Shown one piece after another: positions 31,616-42,034 of a stretch of 64,000 bases of DNA. How positions within the stretch are numbered: position 1 is the first letter of the stretch; every line of letters starts with the position of its first letter. Source of the stretch: Candidatus Latescibacterota bacterium. Its GTDB lineage: Bacteria > Latescibacterota > UBA2968 > UBA8231. The notes beneath the pieces are model-generated. The model did no database searches. It worked only from the letters and a program-made list of their open reading frames with translations, and was not told the DNA's origin. The position numbers were made by a program, and so were the translations under genes. The stretch covers positions 1,166,631 through 1,230,630 of the forward strand of contig CBDCNM010000001.1 in the NCBI GenBank assembly GCA_965219385.1, written 5' to 3'.

Positions 31616-34600
31616 TCAATCTCCATTCCGCCGTGCCAGGGCGTCTATCCTCCTTTTCAACTCTTCGACGATCAGGCGATAAATTTCGTAGCGGTGCAGA
31701 CTGCCGCACCGGTCCCTGTACGGCTCCATCTCCAGGGGTTGGCCAAACCTGAGCCGAATGAGAGGACGGCGCGAACGGCGGCCCCGGGCGCGCGCCTGAA
31801 AGCTCCCGTGGACGTGCACCGGGACAATCGGTAGATCCAGTTCCAGAGCCAGCAGCCCCACCCCTGTTTTAAAAGGCTGCAGCTGACCGCTGGGAGAGCG
31901 CATCCCCTCTGGAAAAACCAGCAGGGGCCGGCGGGTTTCCAGCAAGGAGCGAATTTCGATCAGGCTCTGGCGGAAGTTTTCGCCGTGATCCAGAGCCAAG
32001 GCGTTGGCAAAGGTGCGCAGGAACCACCCCGACAGCACCGAGCGAGAAAAATAAGACCGCCCCACCGCCAGGGTTACACAATCCACGTGGGACCGCAGAG
32101 CGAGCAGGATCGAGGGAGGATCGAGATGACTGGTATAGTTTGCCGCAATCAGATAGGGCCGATCCTGGGGCAAATTTTCCAGCCCGTGCGCCCGATACGA
32201 GAACAGGACATTGAAAAGAAGACGTCCCGGCCGCCACAACAGACCCTGCAACACCCTCCGGCCCAGCCCCCCCCACCGCGCCGGTCGCCGCTCCTCGGTC
32301 CCCAGCAGCCTGGACCAGTACCTGCTCGCTTCATGCCCATCCCGCCCTTCCACCAGTCTGTCTACCTGTTTGGCGAAGCTGGATTCGAGTCCTGCCACCA
32401 GGTCCCGCAGACTACAGCGGCTGCGATCGATAGGCTCCAGTTTTACCCCCAGGCGCTCCTCGAGACAGGCTCCAAACTCCACCCCCATCAGCGAGTCCAG
32501 CAAGGTATCCAGCGGGGCCTCCGAGTGGGCCACGACCTCGCTGAAGCTCAGGCCGGTGACCTGGCTGACCTGCTGGTAGACCTGGCGCTCCCACGGCGGC
32601 AGGCTTTCGTCGATCTCGGCCCCTTCGCGCTCCAGCTGCAACTCGGCCAGCAAAGCCGCCCGGTCCAGGTCCCCATCGTCCAGGCGCGGCAAGGGGCGCT
32701 TCCATATGTGCAGATGCTGAATCCGCTGGTAGGTGGACAGGGTGCGGGAAATCTGGTAGGATCGGGTCCTGATTTCCCCACATGCTTTTTCCTCCTCCTG
32801 GACGCCGGCGCTTTCGAGGACGGCCACCCCGTGGATTTCTTCCCCCAGGGTCCGCGGTGAGTACACCCCGGCCACGCCCAGCTCGGTCACGTAGGGCAGG
32901 TCCCCGTACAGGGCTTCCACCTCTTCGGGATAGACGTTCTTGCCGGCGCCGGTGACGATCATGCTTTTGCAGCGACCGGTGATAAAAAGATAACCGTCTG
33001 CGTCCACATAACCGAGATCTCCTGTGTGGAGCCAGCCATCGCGCAACGCGGCGGCCGTGATCTCCGTCTTATTGAGATACCCGGCCATGATATTGGCTCC
33101 CTTGACCAGGATCTCGCCCTCCTCGCCGTCGGCCCCTGCGATGGCCACCTCCTGCCCCGGCAGCACCTGGCCCACGGAGCCGCGGCGCGGACGTTCCAGG
33201 GGATTGACCGCGACAATCGGGGCGGCTTCGGTCAGGCCATAGCCCTCGCAAAGGCGGATCCCCAGGCCCTGGTAGGCATCGTGGATCTCGGACGAGAGGG
33301 GCGCCCCGCCGCTGACCACTAGGCGCAAGCTGCTCAGATCGGCACTGTTGTCCAGACGCTGGACGCGGTCGGCCAGGACCTTGAGAATGCGCGGCACGCT
33401 CAGCAGGGCCGTGGTGCCGGTGGCGTGGATTGCCCGGAGAATTTCGCGGCTGTTGAAGCTCTCAAGGTAGGTGGTGGTGGCACCACCCAGAATAGACATC
33501 AACAGTCCCCCGGTAAACTCGAGTCCGTGATGCAGGGGGAGTACAGAGAGAATTCGATCGGACTGGTAAACCGGCTGCACCTGGGCCAGAGCCAGTAGAT
33601 TGGCAATGAAATTGCCGTGGGTGAGCAAAACCCCGCGGGGGTCGACGGCCGTGCCGGAGGTAAAGATGATGGACGCCACCATATCGGGCGCAACCCTGGG
33701 TCGTCTCCACTCGAGGGATGAGGGTGCTCCCTCCCCTTCCCGACCCAAACCCGAACCGCCCTGCTCCAGATCGAGAAAGTGCAGGGGCTCGTCCAGTGCC
33801 CTCCGCTCTGCTACCCGCTCGGCGGCGAGGAGAGTTAGGTAGTCCGGTGAAGTGATAAGCGCCCTGGCTTCGGTGAAGTCGGCCAGAGCCCAGATCTCCT
33901 CTTCGCGGGTATGGGGGTCCAGCGGGACCACCGTCAAGCCAAGACTCGAAGCGGCCATATAGGCCATGACCCACTCGGGGCTGTTGGCCGTCCACAACAT
34001 CACCCGGTGCCCCGGCTCCAGGCCCTGCTCCTGCCAGGTTGCGGCCAGCAGGTCGACGCGCTGCTGCATCTCGCGATAGGTATAGCGCACCCAGCGGTCT
34101 TTGCGCTCGACCTGAAAAGCCACTTTGTCGGCGTAGCGGCTGCAGGCCCAGCCGATCAGGTCGGGAATGGTCTCTATACCCTCTTCTTCGTGCCAGCGTT
34201 CCTCCTCCTCTCCCACCTCCTCGGGCGCCTCATGCAGCAAGGGGTCCCCAATCGCATCCTCCTTCAACACGTGTTTTCTGAGACCGGGGAGATGAATCTT
34301 AGGGTAGTACTCCGCCCAGTCGATCTGGCGCACGTCCATGTCGAAGATCCGTTGTTCTTCGGGTGACAGGGATTCGTACAGGTCCCGGGTGCGCTGGCTC
34401 TCGAAGCGGCAGTCCAGGTGGGCATAAGGAGCAAATAAATCGGTGTAGTAGAGCAACCGTTGCAGGCGGGTCCTGAGGGCTACCAAGCTGCGCTTCCTGG
34501 GCGGGGATACCAGGCGTCCCGGGAGCCGCTTGAGCAGCCATTGCCAGGCCCTTAAAGGATACATGTACTTGAGGTAAAACAGGATTTTGAACTTGCGCTG

Positions 34601-35851
34601 GCTCGAAAAGGTCCATTCGGGTAGAGAGGGTATGCGCCCGTCCCTGCCGGACATGGGATGGGCGCGGAAATGGCTCTTGATGTACTCGAACAGATCCGCA
34701 TTGATCAGGGGATTTTCCGCACTGCTGGCCACCTGAAATACTCCAACCTCTTCCTTGCAGGCCCGGGTAGCAGCGCCCAGTATGACATTGACGACTATAT
34801 CCACGGGGATCAGATCCATGGCGACATTGCGCCGGGCGGGAAAATCGGGCACCAGACCACGGCCATAGGCCACGATCAAAGGATCCGATACCTTGAGGCC
34901 GCTGATCCAGCCCGGCTCGGGGTCCTTCAGGCTGCTCTCGATCACACTGGGCCGCACGATCACCAAGGGTACATCGCCGTGGTGTTTTACCAGCATTTGT
35001 TCGCCCATGGCCTTGGTGAAGGTGTAGATGTCATTCCAGCCATAGGTCTTGGCCCGGCGCATGCCCTCTTCCACCAGCCGGCGCTCAATCCAGCTCTTGC
35101 GCCGGTTTTCGATCAGTTTTTCAAGCCGCTTCTCGGAGAGCTGACGGCTGTGCCTCTGGTCCAGTATCTGCCGACGGAAGATCTCCAATTGTGCGGCGCT
35201 GGCCGCCTGTGCGTGGAGGTTCTGGCAGCTGGCCTGACAGTCCCGGATCTCGGCCTCGGGATCAAAGGGTTTGTCCGTAGAGGGAGAGCCCATCATCTGG
35301 GCGATGGTGCGGTCCAGAGGCAGAAGCTCTTCGGGAATCGAGCCGGAACGCCGGCCGTTTACATAGGCGGTGGACACCTGGAGAAAGACCACCTCTCGCC
35401 GACAGGCCCGCGCAAACTTGAGCACCTCCTGGGGCCCCAGGGTATTGAGCTTGAGGGAAAAATCCAGCGGCGCGTCGAATTCAACCGTGGCCGCGCTGCC
35501 GATGACGAGATCGATCTCGTCGAGCAGCTGCTCGCGGACCCTTTGCTCGAACCCCAGATCCGGGGCCGTGAGATCCCCGTCGACGGCAACGACCTTATCC
35601 TTCGCCTCTTCGTAAGCGCGGGGATCGGTTGCCTTGAAGCGGTCGAACAGGCTGGTGGCAAAGCAGTCTCTCTCCAGGCGCTCCGCTACCGAGAGGACGG
35701 TGCCATCGGGCTGTTTCCGGGGGCGTATCAGCACGTAGACCTTGTGGACCTGCGGCAGGTCGCGCAGGATTTTGGCCAACAAACCTTTGCCCAGGAAGCC
35801 TGTGACGCCTGTGAGCAGTATGGTGCGATCCTTGTAAAACTCTCTGATCAT
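31616..35851 (-). CDS. Multidomain fatty acyl reductase - acyl-CoA ligase - ACP - acyltransferase (ElbD-like architecture)
   Basis: TGVTGFLG, VSTAYV, YTFTK (reductase); FTSG, GYGLTE, TGDLG, GKNVYPEEVE (AMP-binding); LDSL (carrier Ser); FPEG.RS and PFKTG (PlsC-type). Confidence 0.9.
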   Translation of the reverse strand: MIREFYKDRTILLTGVTGFLGKGLLAKILRDLPQVHKVYVLIRPRKQPDGTVLSVAERLERDCFATSLFDRFKATDPRAYEEAKDKVVAVDGDLTAPDLGFEQRVREQLLDEIDLVIGSAATVEFDAPLDFSLKLNTLGPQEVLKFARACRREVVFLQVSTAYVNGRRSGSIPEELLPLDRTIAQMMGSPSTDKPFDPEAEIRDCQASCQNLHAQAASAAQLEIFRRQILDQRHSRQLSEKRLEKLIENRRKSWIERRLVEEGMRRAKTYGWNDIYTFTKAMGEQMLVKHHGDVPLVIVRPSVIESSLKDPEPGWISGLKVSDPLIVAYGRGLVPDFPARRNVAMDLIPVDIVVNVILGAATRACKEEVGVFQVASSAENPLINADLFEYIKSHFRAHPMSGRDGRIPSLPEWTFSSQRKFKILFYLKYMYPLRAWQWLLKRLPGRLVSPPRKRSLVALRTRLQRLLYYTDLFAPYAHLDCRFESQRTRDLYESLSPEEQRIFDMDVRQIDWAEYYPKIHLPGLRKHVLKEDAIGDPLLHEAPEEVGEEEERWHEEEGIETIPDLIGWACSRYADKVAFQVERKDRWVRYTYREMQQRVDLLAATWQEQGLEPGHRVMLWTANSPEWVMAYMAASSLGLTVVPLDPHTREEEIWALADFTEARALITSPDYLTLLAAERVAERRALDEPLHFLDLEQGGSGLGREGEGAPSSLEWRRPRVAPDMVASIIFTSGTAVDPRGVLLTHGNFIANLLALAQVQPVYQSDRILSVLPLHHGLEFTGGLLMSILGGATTTYLESFNSREILRAIHATGTTALLSVPRILKVLADRVQRLDNSADLSSLRLVVSGGAPLSSEIHDAYQGLGIRLCEGYGLTEAAPIVAVNPLERPRRGSVGQVLPGQEVAIAGADGEEGEILVKGANIMAGYLNKTEITAAALRDGWLHTGDLGYVDADGYLFITGRCKSMIVTGAGKNVYPEEVEALYGDLPYVTELGVAGVYSPRTLGEEIHGVAVLESAGVQEEEKACGEIRTRSYQISRTLSTYQRIQHLHIWKRPLPRLDDGDLDRAALLAELQLEREGAEIDESLPPWERQVYQQVSQVTGLSFSEVVAHSEAPLDTLLDSLMGVEFGACLEERLGVKLEPIDRSRCSLRDLVAGLESSFAKQVDRLVEGRDGHEASRYWSRLLGTEERRPARWGGLGRRVLQGLLWRPGRLLFNVLFSYRAHGLENLPQDRPYLIAANYTSHLDPPSILLALRSHVDCVTLAVGRSYFSRSVLSGWFLRTFANALALDHGENFRQSLIEIRSLLETRRPLLVFPEGMRSPSGQLQPFKTGVGLLALELDLPIVPVHVHGSFQARARGRRSRRPLIRLRFGQPLEMEPYRDRCGSLHRYEIYRLIVEELKRRIDALARRNGD

Positions 35852-36332
35852 ATTTTCGGAGAACGGACCGCTTCGTCCGACCGCTGTTGACGGAAGGGTG
35901 ACGAAGCTGTCAGAAGGACATACTATCTGCCCGACCAATGCTGCGTCCAGCAGGTCGGTAGCCAGCCTTGCGTCGGTTTCGGTAACGACACCGGCGATGC
36001 GTAGGTACGCGAAGGTGTGGGCCGCAGGATATCAGGTCCGAAACCCCAATACACTTCCAGGGGGCCTAGGCTCCAAATAAGCGAGTTTGGATTATTTATT
36101 CGGGTTTAATACCCCGCAGCTTGCTGCGCTGTATGCTGAGTGGTTATTTTATGAGACTTGTCGCGTAATAATACGCTTTCCCTCCATAAATACCTACAAA
36201 TTCAACAACCTGTGAAAGTGGTGGGTGAAATTACAGTATATACTTGTTTTTCAATGATTTATAATCCGTTTTTCCTGGTAACGCGACAACCCTAATATAG
36301 CACAGATTGGCTACGGGCACAACTACCTGGTT

Positions 36333-36515
36333 TCAGGATTCACAGGCGGCGCCCCTACCTGCATCGGCCCCTTCGGCATCCGCTTTTTCCGGCGCCGGAT
36401 CCGGCTCCCGCGCCCGAATTCCCTGGCCGGTGATATAGGGATGGCGAATCTGATCCTTCAAAGTCTGGCGCAACTCATCCCCTTCGAGGGGCTTTGCCGC
36501 TGAAGAGCGTCTCAT
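36333..36515 (-). CDS. Possible small hypothetical protein
   Basis: 60-aa ORF with a purine-rich AAGAAAGG upstream; no recognisable motif. Confidence 0.25.
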   Translation of the reverse strand: MRRSSAAKPLEGDELRQTLKDQIRHPYITGQGIRAREPDPAPEKADAEGADAGRGAACES

Positions 36516-36648
36516 GGAAGCCTTTCTTACATATTTCTTAAAGACAGCTTCTTAAATCTAAGCCAACCCCCTGTTGCGGCAATACCCCCTCCTTGTCTTC
36601 AAAGCCCCAACCGTCCTATTTTATGCTTCATTTAGTGAGGTCGGTAGA

Positions 36649-37539
36649 TTGCCGGACAACTGGGTTCTGATTGCCAATCCCGCCGCTGGTAGGGGCCAGG
36701 CCCGTCCAGGGGCCGAAAAGGCCGCCCGGACGTTGGAAAGTTCCGGCCAGACCGTTGATCTGCGCTTCACCCGGGAGCGTGGTCACGCCGCCGAACTGGC
36801 CTGTCAGGCCGTGCGGGAAGGCGCGGCTCGCCTAATTGTATGCGGCGGGGACGGGACCCTCTCGGAAGTGCTGCCCGGCCTGGCCCACGGTCCGGTCGCC
36901 CTGGGTTTGCTGCCCTGTGGCACGGGCAATGATTTCGCCCGCTCTGTGGGGATTCCGCGCCGGTTCGACCAGGCCCTTCGCACCCTGTTGCACGGCCGGG
37001 GCCACACCCTGGATTTGGCCCGGGTGGATGACCACTTGTTCTGTACGGTGGCGGCTTTTGGTTTTGATGCCGAAGTCAGCCACACCGTGAACACCGGTCA
37101 GGCCCCCTTTCCCGGCACTCTGGGTTATCTCCACACCGCCCTCAAACACCTCTCGCGCTACCAGCCCCCCCACGTCCGCCTCTCGGGCGAGTTCGGCGAG
37201 TACCAGGGCGAGGTCTTGCTGGTGGCCACCGGCAACACCAGTAGTTATGGAGGAGGCCTGAAGATCGTGCCCACCGCCCACCCGCAGGATGGCAAGCTGG
37301 ATGTGTGTATCGCCGGCAAGCTCGAAACGCGGAGCATCCTCAACCTGCTGCCGCGGGTGTTCTGGGGCGGCCACCTGCACCACCCTGCCGTGCGCTGCGA
37401 ACGCACCTCCTGGCTCAAAATCGAGACCGCCGAACCCCGCGTGATACACGCCGATGGCGAGCACGTGGGGGAAACCCCGGTGACCCTGCGGAGTGAACCG
37501 GCGGCCCTGACCGTGGTGCTGCCGGGCGCCCCCCCATAA
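36649..37539 (+). CDS. Diacylglycerol kinase family lipid kinase (YegS/BmrU-like)
   Basis: ANPAAG, GGDGT, P.GTGNDFA, N...YGGG and DGE motifs; start placed at TTG 36649 after GAGG. Confidence 0.92.
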   Translation: MPDNWVLIANPAAGRGQARPGAEKAARTLESSGQTVDLRFTRERGHAAELACQAVREGAARLIVCGGDGTLSEVLPGLAHGPVALGLLPCGTGNDFARSVGIPRRFDQALRTLLHGRGHTLDLARVDDHLFCTVAAFGFDAEVSHTVNTGQAPFPGTLGYLHTALKHLSRYQPPHVRLSGEFGEYQGEVLLVATGNTSSYGGGLKIVPTAHPQDGKLDVCIAGKLETRSILNLLPRVFWGGHLHHPAVRCERTSWLKIETAEPRVIHADGEHVGETPVTLRSEPAALTVVLPGAPP

Positions 37540-37622
37540 TTTGCATCTGTCGACGATATTGATCATATTCCAAGCACGCGTTTTTCCTCTTATTATTCCA
37601 GAATAAACCTGTATATCTATCC

Positions 37623-38594
37623 ATGGCCACCAGGGCTCAGAAGGTCCGACTCGCTCTTTTCTTTCTCATCTCCGGGATTGTTCTCACGTTTTTCCTGCTC
37701 TTCACAGTCGGCCTGCACCTGCTGAAAAAACGCGAATACTACCTCATCGAATTCAGCGGTATATCCCTGGGGGGCCTGAGCGATGGCGCCCAGGTCAAGT
37801 ACCAGGGTTTCAAAGCCGGTCGGGTAGAAAGCATTTCCATCTCCCCCGAGGATAACACCATCCTGGTGGTGGAAATATCGGTCCAGCCCGACATGGTCGG
37901 GGCCATCAAGACCGATACCCAGGCCAGATTGCACTCCCAGGGCCTTATCGGCATAAAGCACATCGAACTCATGGCCGGAACCCGGGAGGCCGATGTTTTG
38001 CCACCAGGCTCCACCATCCCGGTCGGCGAGACCTTCTTTTCCGACTTCGACCAGCGGGCCGAAATCCTCACCGACAAGATCGATCGGGTCCTGGACAACG
38101 CCATCCTCCTCACCAGCAAGGAGAACAGCGTCCAGTTCAACAAGATGCTGCACGCCAGCGGCAACCTGATGGAAAACGCCGATCATCTGCTCCGCGAAAA
38201 CAGGGCGCCGATCCACCAGACCTTTGAAAACATGGCGCAAACCACCCGTTCCCTGGCCCATGCCGCTGCTACCTTGCAGGCGACCATGGATTCCCTGCAC
38301 CAGATGCTCACCGGCACCGAAGCCCACAACGCCATTGCCGATCTGCAGGCGGCGACCCATCACATGCGCCGGCAAATTGAAGGCCCGCTCCCCGAACTGA
38401 TCGCCCGCATGGACAAAGCCACTGCAAACATAGACCGGACCTTTACCCACATCGACCGGACCGTGGTCTCGAGCCGCCAGAACATCCTGGACGCCTTGCA
38501 GGAGTTGGAAGAAACCCTGCAAAACGTGCGCGAAGCCACCGAACTCATCCGCGAGGATCCCTCTATCCTGATCCGCGGCAGGGAGAAAGAATAG
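37623..38594 (+). CDS. MCE/MlaD family protein with helical C-terminal extension
   Basis: N-terminal TM helix, GLSDGAQVKYQG..AGRV, GLIG.KHIEL and DPSILIRG motifs. Confidence 0.9.
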   Translation: MATRAQKVRLALFFLISGIVLTFFLLFTVGLHLLKKREYYLIEFSGISLGGLSDGAQVKYQGFKAGRVESISISPEDNTILVVEISVQPDMVGAIKTDTQARLHSQGLIGIKHIELMAGTREADVLPPGSTIPVGETFFSDFDQRAEILTDKIDRVLDNAILLTSKENSVQFNKMLHASGNLMENADHLLRENRAPIHQTFENMAQTTRSLAHAAATLQATMDSLHQMLTGTEAHNAIADLQAATHHMRRQIEGPLPELIARMDKATANIDRTFTHIDRTVVSSRQNILDALQELEETLQNVREATELIREDPSILIRGREKE

Positions 38595-38598
38595 CGGC

Positions 38599-39387
38599 AT
38601 GATGCGCCTGTATTTATCCGTCCTCATCGTGGTTGCAGGTATGGTGTTGAGCAGCTGTACTCAGCTCATAGGCGGCAAGACCGAAATCCGCGTGCGCCGC
38701 AAATTCACCCTTGCAACCCAGCCCCTCAGACTCGAGCTCAAAGACTCGAAGCGGCCCTATCCCCACAAGGTGCAGATCAAAAAAATCGAGGTCCCTGGCA
38801 CCTACGATCGCGACCAGATCGTCTTCCGGCTTTCGACCTTCGAACTAAAGGAGGACAAATCTCATATCTGGGCCAACCGGCCCAGCAAGATGCTCACCGA
38901 CGTGGTCGAAGAATACCTCAACAGAGCCAATCTCTTCACCCAGATCAGCCAGGAGTTTCTCGACGAACGGCCCGACTACACCCTCGTTTCAACGATCAAG
39001 GCCATCGAGCGCTTCGACAGCGGCGACTTGTGGTACGCCCACCTGGCCATGTCCATGAAATTGGTGGATGCGGAGACCAACGAGGTATTCTGGAGCGATG
39101 ACTTCGACGAACGACCCCGGGTCTACAACAAGGACATGGCCTTTACCGTGGAAGCCTTGAGCCAGATACTGCGCAAAAAGATGGAACGATACATCAGCGA
39201 AATAGACTTCAAATTCCTGAACAAGATGAGCGCGGACCAAGGCCAGCCGCTCGGCCCACCCGCCGATGGGCCCGGGCAACAGCCCCTGGCCGGCAATCCA
39301 GCCCGCAACGATACCTTGAACCACCTCTTCGCACCCAACCCCGATTACGAAATCATCCCGGGCAAGCTCGCGCCCGAGGAAGACTGA
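38599..39387 (+). CDS. PqiC-like ABC-transport auxiliary lipoprotein
   Basis: Lipobox LSSC, YDRDQIVFR and WANRPSKML; follows the MCE gene. Confidence 0.8.
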   Translation: MMRLYLSVLIVVAGMVLSSCTQLIGGKTEIRVRRKFTLATQPLRLELKDSKRPYPHKVQIKKIEVPGTYDRDQIVFRLSTFELKEDKSHIWANRPSKMLTDVVEEYLNRANLFTQISQEFLDERPDYTLVSTIKAIERFDSGDLWYAHLAMSMKLVDAETNEVFWSDDFDERPRVYNKDMAFTVEALSQILRKKMERYISEIDFKFLNKMSADQGQPLGPPADGPGQQPLAGNPARNDTLNHLFAPNPDYEIIPGKLAPEED

Positions 39388-39414
39388 ACCGGCTTGCAAA
39401 AAGCAAAAACAAAG

Positions 39415-40929
39415 ATGAAAAGGCCCTCCCTGACTCTTCTGATCCTGGTCCTGGCGTCTCTCACCGCGCTGCCGGCAAGGGCGGACGAGAGCACCTGGAT
39501 AACCCCTGCCCGGGTCCAGTTGAACCAGGACCCTACCCTGATTCCCAGGGGCAAGGGGTTTCTCTTCGTACCCGCCATGACCGCCCCGCGCGAAGAGCCC
39601 AACTACCAGGTCTTCCAGGGGGGGAAAGAGGTGGCTTCGAAAAAACCCGGCACCGGCGTTTTATTGCCGCCGGGCTCCTACCAGATCCTGATTGGATCGG
39701 GCTCGGGCTACCAGATGATGAAGAAAAGCCTGCCGATTGTGGAAGGCTGGACCACCCTGCTCAAGCCCGACTGGGCCGGGCTGGTCATTGATGTCATCGA
39801 CGAAACCAGGACTTCGATCAACGAGACCTATGAACTCTTCGGAGAAGAGAGCCAGGAAAATTACGGCCTGGGCCGCGGCGTCGAAGAAGAGCGCGGCGAA
39901 GGCGTCAATACCTGGCTCCTGAAACCAGGGGTCTATAATGTCGTCAAGGTCGGCGATAACGTCACCACCACCCGGCGTTTCAGCGTCCGCCTGATGCCCG
40001 GGGAGCTGACCCGGTTCAACCTGGTGATCGATAGCGGCACCAATGATTTCGTCGGCTTCTATCCGCAACGGCAGCTACAGGGCACCGGCCGGATCTCCCC
40101 AACCTGGAAAGCCACCTGGGAATTGAGCGGCTCGACCCAGTTCAACACCTCCCAGAATAGAGGCACCGGGGACGACCGCAGCGTCTCTCTGTCCGTGCAG
40201 GTCTTCAACCGCAGCCGTTACAGAACCGAAAAGAACTTTGCCGCTCTGCGGCTCATCCTCGAAGAGGGCGGCACCAAGGTGGGCAGCGCCGCCTTCCGCA
40301 AGTCCATCGACAAATTCGAGCTGCGCGCCACCTACATCTACCGCCTTTCGCGGCGCATCGGCCCCTACCTCCGCGGCGTGCTCAACACCAAGTTGTTCGC
40401 CACGGATCAACCCTTTGATGAACCGCGAGACTTTGCCAAGTTGAGTGCCGCGGGAGATACCCTCGCTCTGGAGCCGGGGGCTCAGGAAGTCACCCTGTCG
40501 CCCTCTTTCTTTCCCCTGCGCCTGCGCCAGGGCATCGGCATCAATTCCCAGTTGATCCAGAGTTTTCCCCTCAACGTGGACCTGCGGTTCGGCTTGGGCG
40601 CCCGGCAGACCTATGTCTCGGACTCGTTTGAACTCAGCGGCGATGAAAACAGCGCCACCAAGCTTACAACCAGCACCAGTATCGGCCTCGAAGCCCTGCT
40701 GATCACGGGCGCCCGCATCGGCCGCTTTGTAGATCTCAATTCAGAGGTCGACCTCCTGGTGTCTTCGCGCCGAATCGATTCGTGGGTATTCAGCTGGGAG
40801 AACCGCTGGCGCATCTTCCTGACCAGCTTCATCAACCTGGACATCGTCGCCGACATCGAACGCGACGAGACCCGCAAGCAGTTCCAGGCCACGGAACAGG
40901 TGCTGCTGCGCTTTTCCAAATTCCTCTGA
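39415..40929 (+). CDS. Exported protein with probable C-terminal beta-barrel
   Basis: Signal peptide ending ARA; alternating beta-strand pattern in the C-terminal half; ends LLRFSKFL. Confidence 0.6.
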   Translation: MKRPSLTLLILVLASLTALPARADESTWITPARVQLNQDPTLIPRGKGFLFVPAMTAPREEPNYQVFQGGKEVASKKPGTGVLLPPGSYQILIGSGSGYQMMKKSLPIVEGWTTLLKPDWAGLVIDVIDETRTSINETYELFGEESQENYGLGRGVEEERGEGVNTWLLKPGVYNVVKVGDNVTTTRRFSVRLMPGELTRFNLVIDSGTNDFVGFYPQRQLQGTGRISPTWKATWELSGSTQFNTSQNRGTGDDRSVSLSVQVFNRSRYRTEKNFAALRLILEEGGTKVGSAAFRKSIDKFELRATYIYRLSRRIGPYLRGVLNTKLFATDQPFDEPRDFAKLSAAGDTLALEPGAQEVTLSPSFFPLRLRQGIGINSQLIQSFPLNVDLRFGLGARQTYVSDSFELSGDENSATKLTTSTSIGLEALLITGARIGRFVDLNSEVDLLVSSRRIDSWVFSWENRWRIFLTSFINLDIVADIERDETRKQFQATEQVLLRFSKFL

Positions 40930-40936
40930 ACCCTCC

Positions 40937-42034
40937 ATGAGTCCGGTGCAATTCGACGAACAGGGCCTGCACATCAGCGGTCCTCTCACCCTGGCCACCA
41001 TCGACGAGGTCGAGGGACAAACCCGACACTTGCTCGAAACCCATCCCCTTTCCTCCCTCGAGGCCGATCTGAGCCAGATCACCCGGCTGGACACGGCCGG
41101 GGTCGTGTTCCTGCGTCGCCTGTCCCACCGGGCCCGGGAATACGGCAAAAACCTGAGCCTCACCCCGCTGCCGCCCGATTTACAGAATTTCTTCGATTTC
41201 ATCGCCTTGCCTCCCCGGGAGGCGGAGGACGGCCGCCCTCCCCCCGACCGCCTCGAAGGCCTGGGGGAACGGATACTGCACACCCAGGGCCGCACCGCCA
41301 CTTTCCTGTATCTGATGGCGGACCTGACCTGGGCGACAATGGCCGCCCTCTTCCAGCGCACCGGAATGCGGCGCGGCAGTTTTGTCGATCAGGCCATTGC
41401 CATCGGCTCTCAGGCCCTTCCCATCACCGCCTTGATCCTCTTCCTCATCGGCGCGGTCTCGGCCCTGCAATCCGCCGCGCAACTGCGCCAGTTCGGGGCC
41501 CACATCTTTGTCGCCGACCTTCTGGCCATCGGCATCTGCCGCGAGCTTGGACCGCTCATGACCGCCATCATCGTCTCCGGCCGCAGCGGCTCGGCCATTG
41601 CCGCCGAGGTCGCCACCATGAAGTTCACCGAAGAACTGGACGCCCTGCAGACCATGGGACTGGACCCATTGCGCTTTGTCGGCGTGCCCAAGATGTGGGC
41701 CATGCTGCTGTGCGTGCCCCTGCTGACCATCCTGGCCGATTTCATGGGCATTCTGGGCGGGGTTTTCGTCGCCCTCACCTCGCTCGAGGTCGCCCCCGGG
41801 GCCTTTGTGGTCCGGGCGGTCGAAGCCCTCCAGTTCAAGGACGTCCTCACGGGCGTGGTCAAAAGCATTTCCTTTGCCTGGATCATCACCCTGATCGCAA
41901 TCTACCAGGGGCTCGACTTCAGCGGCGGCGCCACCGGCGTGGGCCGCTCCACCACGGCGGCGGTGGTCGCCTCCATCTTCGGCATCATTTTCCTGGATTG
42001 TTTCTGGGGACTGTTCTTTTACCTGAAGTTTTGA
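40937..42034 (+). CDS. MlaE-family ABC permease with N-terminal STAS domain
   Basis: DLSQITRLDTAG (STAS); RELGPLMTAII.SGRSGSAIAAE and GVGRSTT.AVV. Confidence 0.92.
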   Translation: MSPVQFDEQGLHISGPLTLATIDEVEGQTRHLLETHPLSSLEADLSQITRLDTAGVVFLRRLSHRAREYGKNLSLTPLPPDLQNFFDFIALPPREAEDGRPPPDRLEGLGERILHTQGRTATFLYLMADLTWATMAALFQRTGMRRGSFVDQAIAIGSQALPITALILFLIGAVSALQSAAQLRQFGAHIFVADLLAIGICRELGPLMTAIIVSGRSGSAIAAEVATMKFTEELDALQTMGLDPLRFVGVPKMWAMLLCVPLLTILADFMGILGGVFVALTSLEVAPGAFVVRAVEALQFKDVLTGVVKSISFAWIITLIAIYQGLDFSGGATGVGRSTTAAVVASIFGIIFLDCFWGLFFYLKF

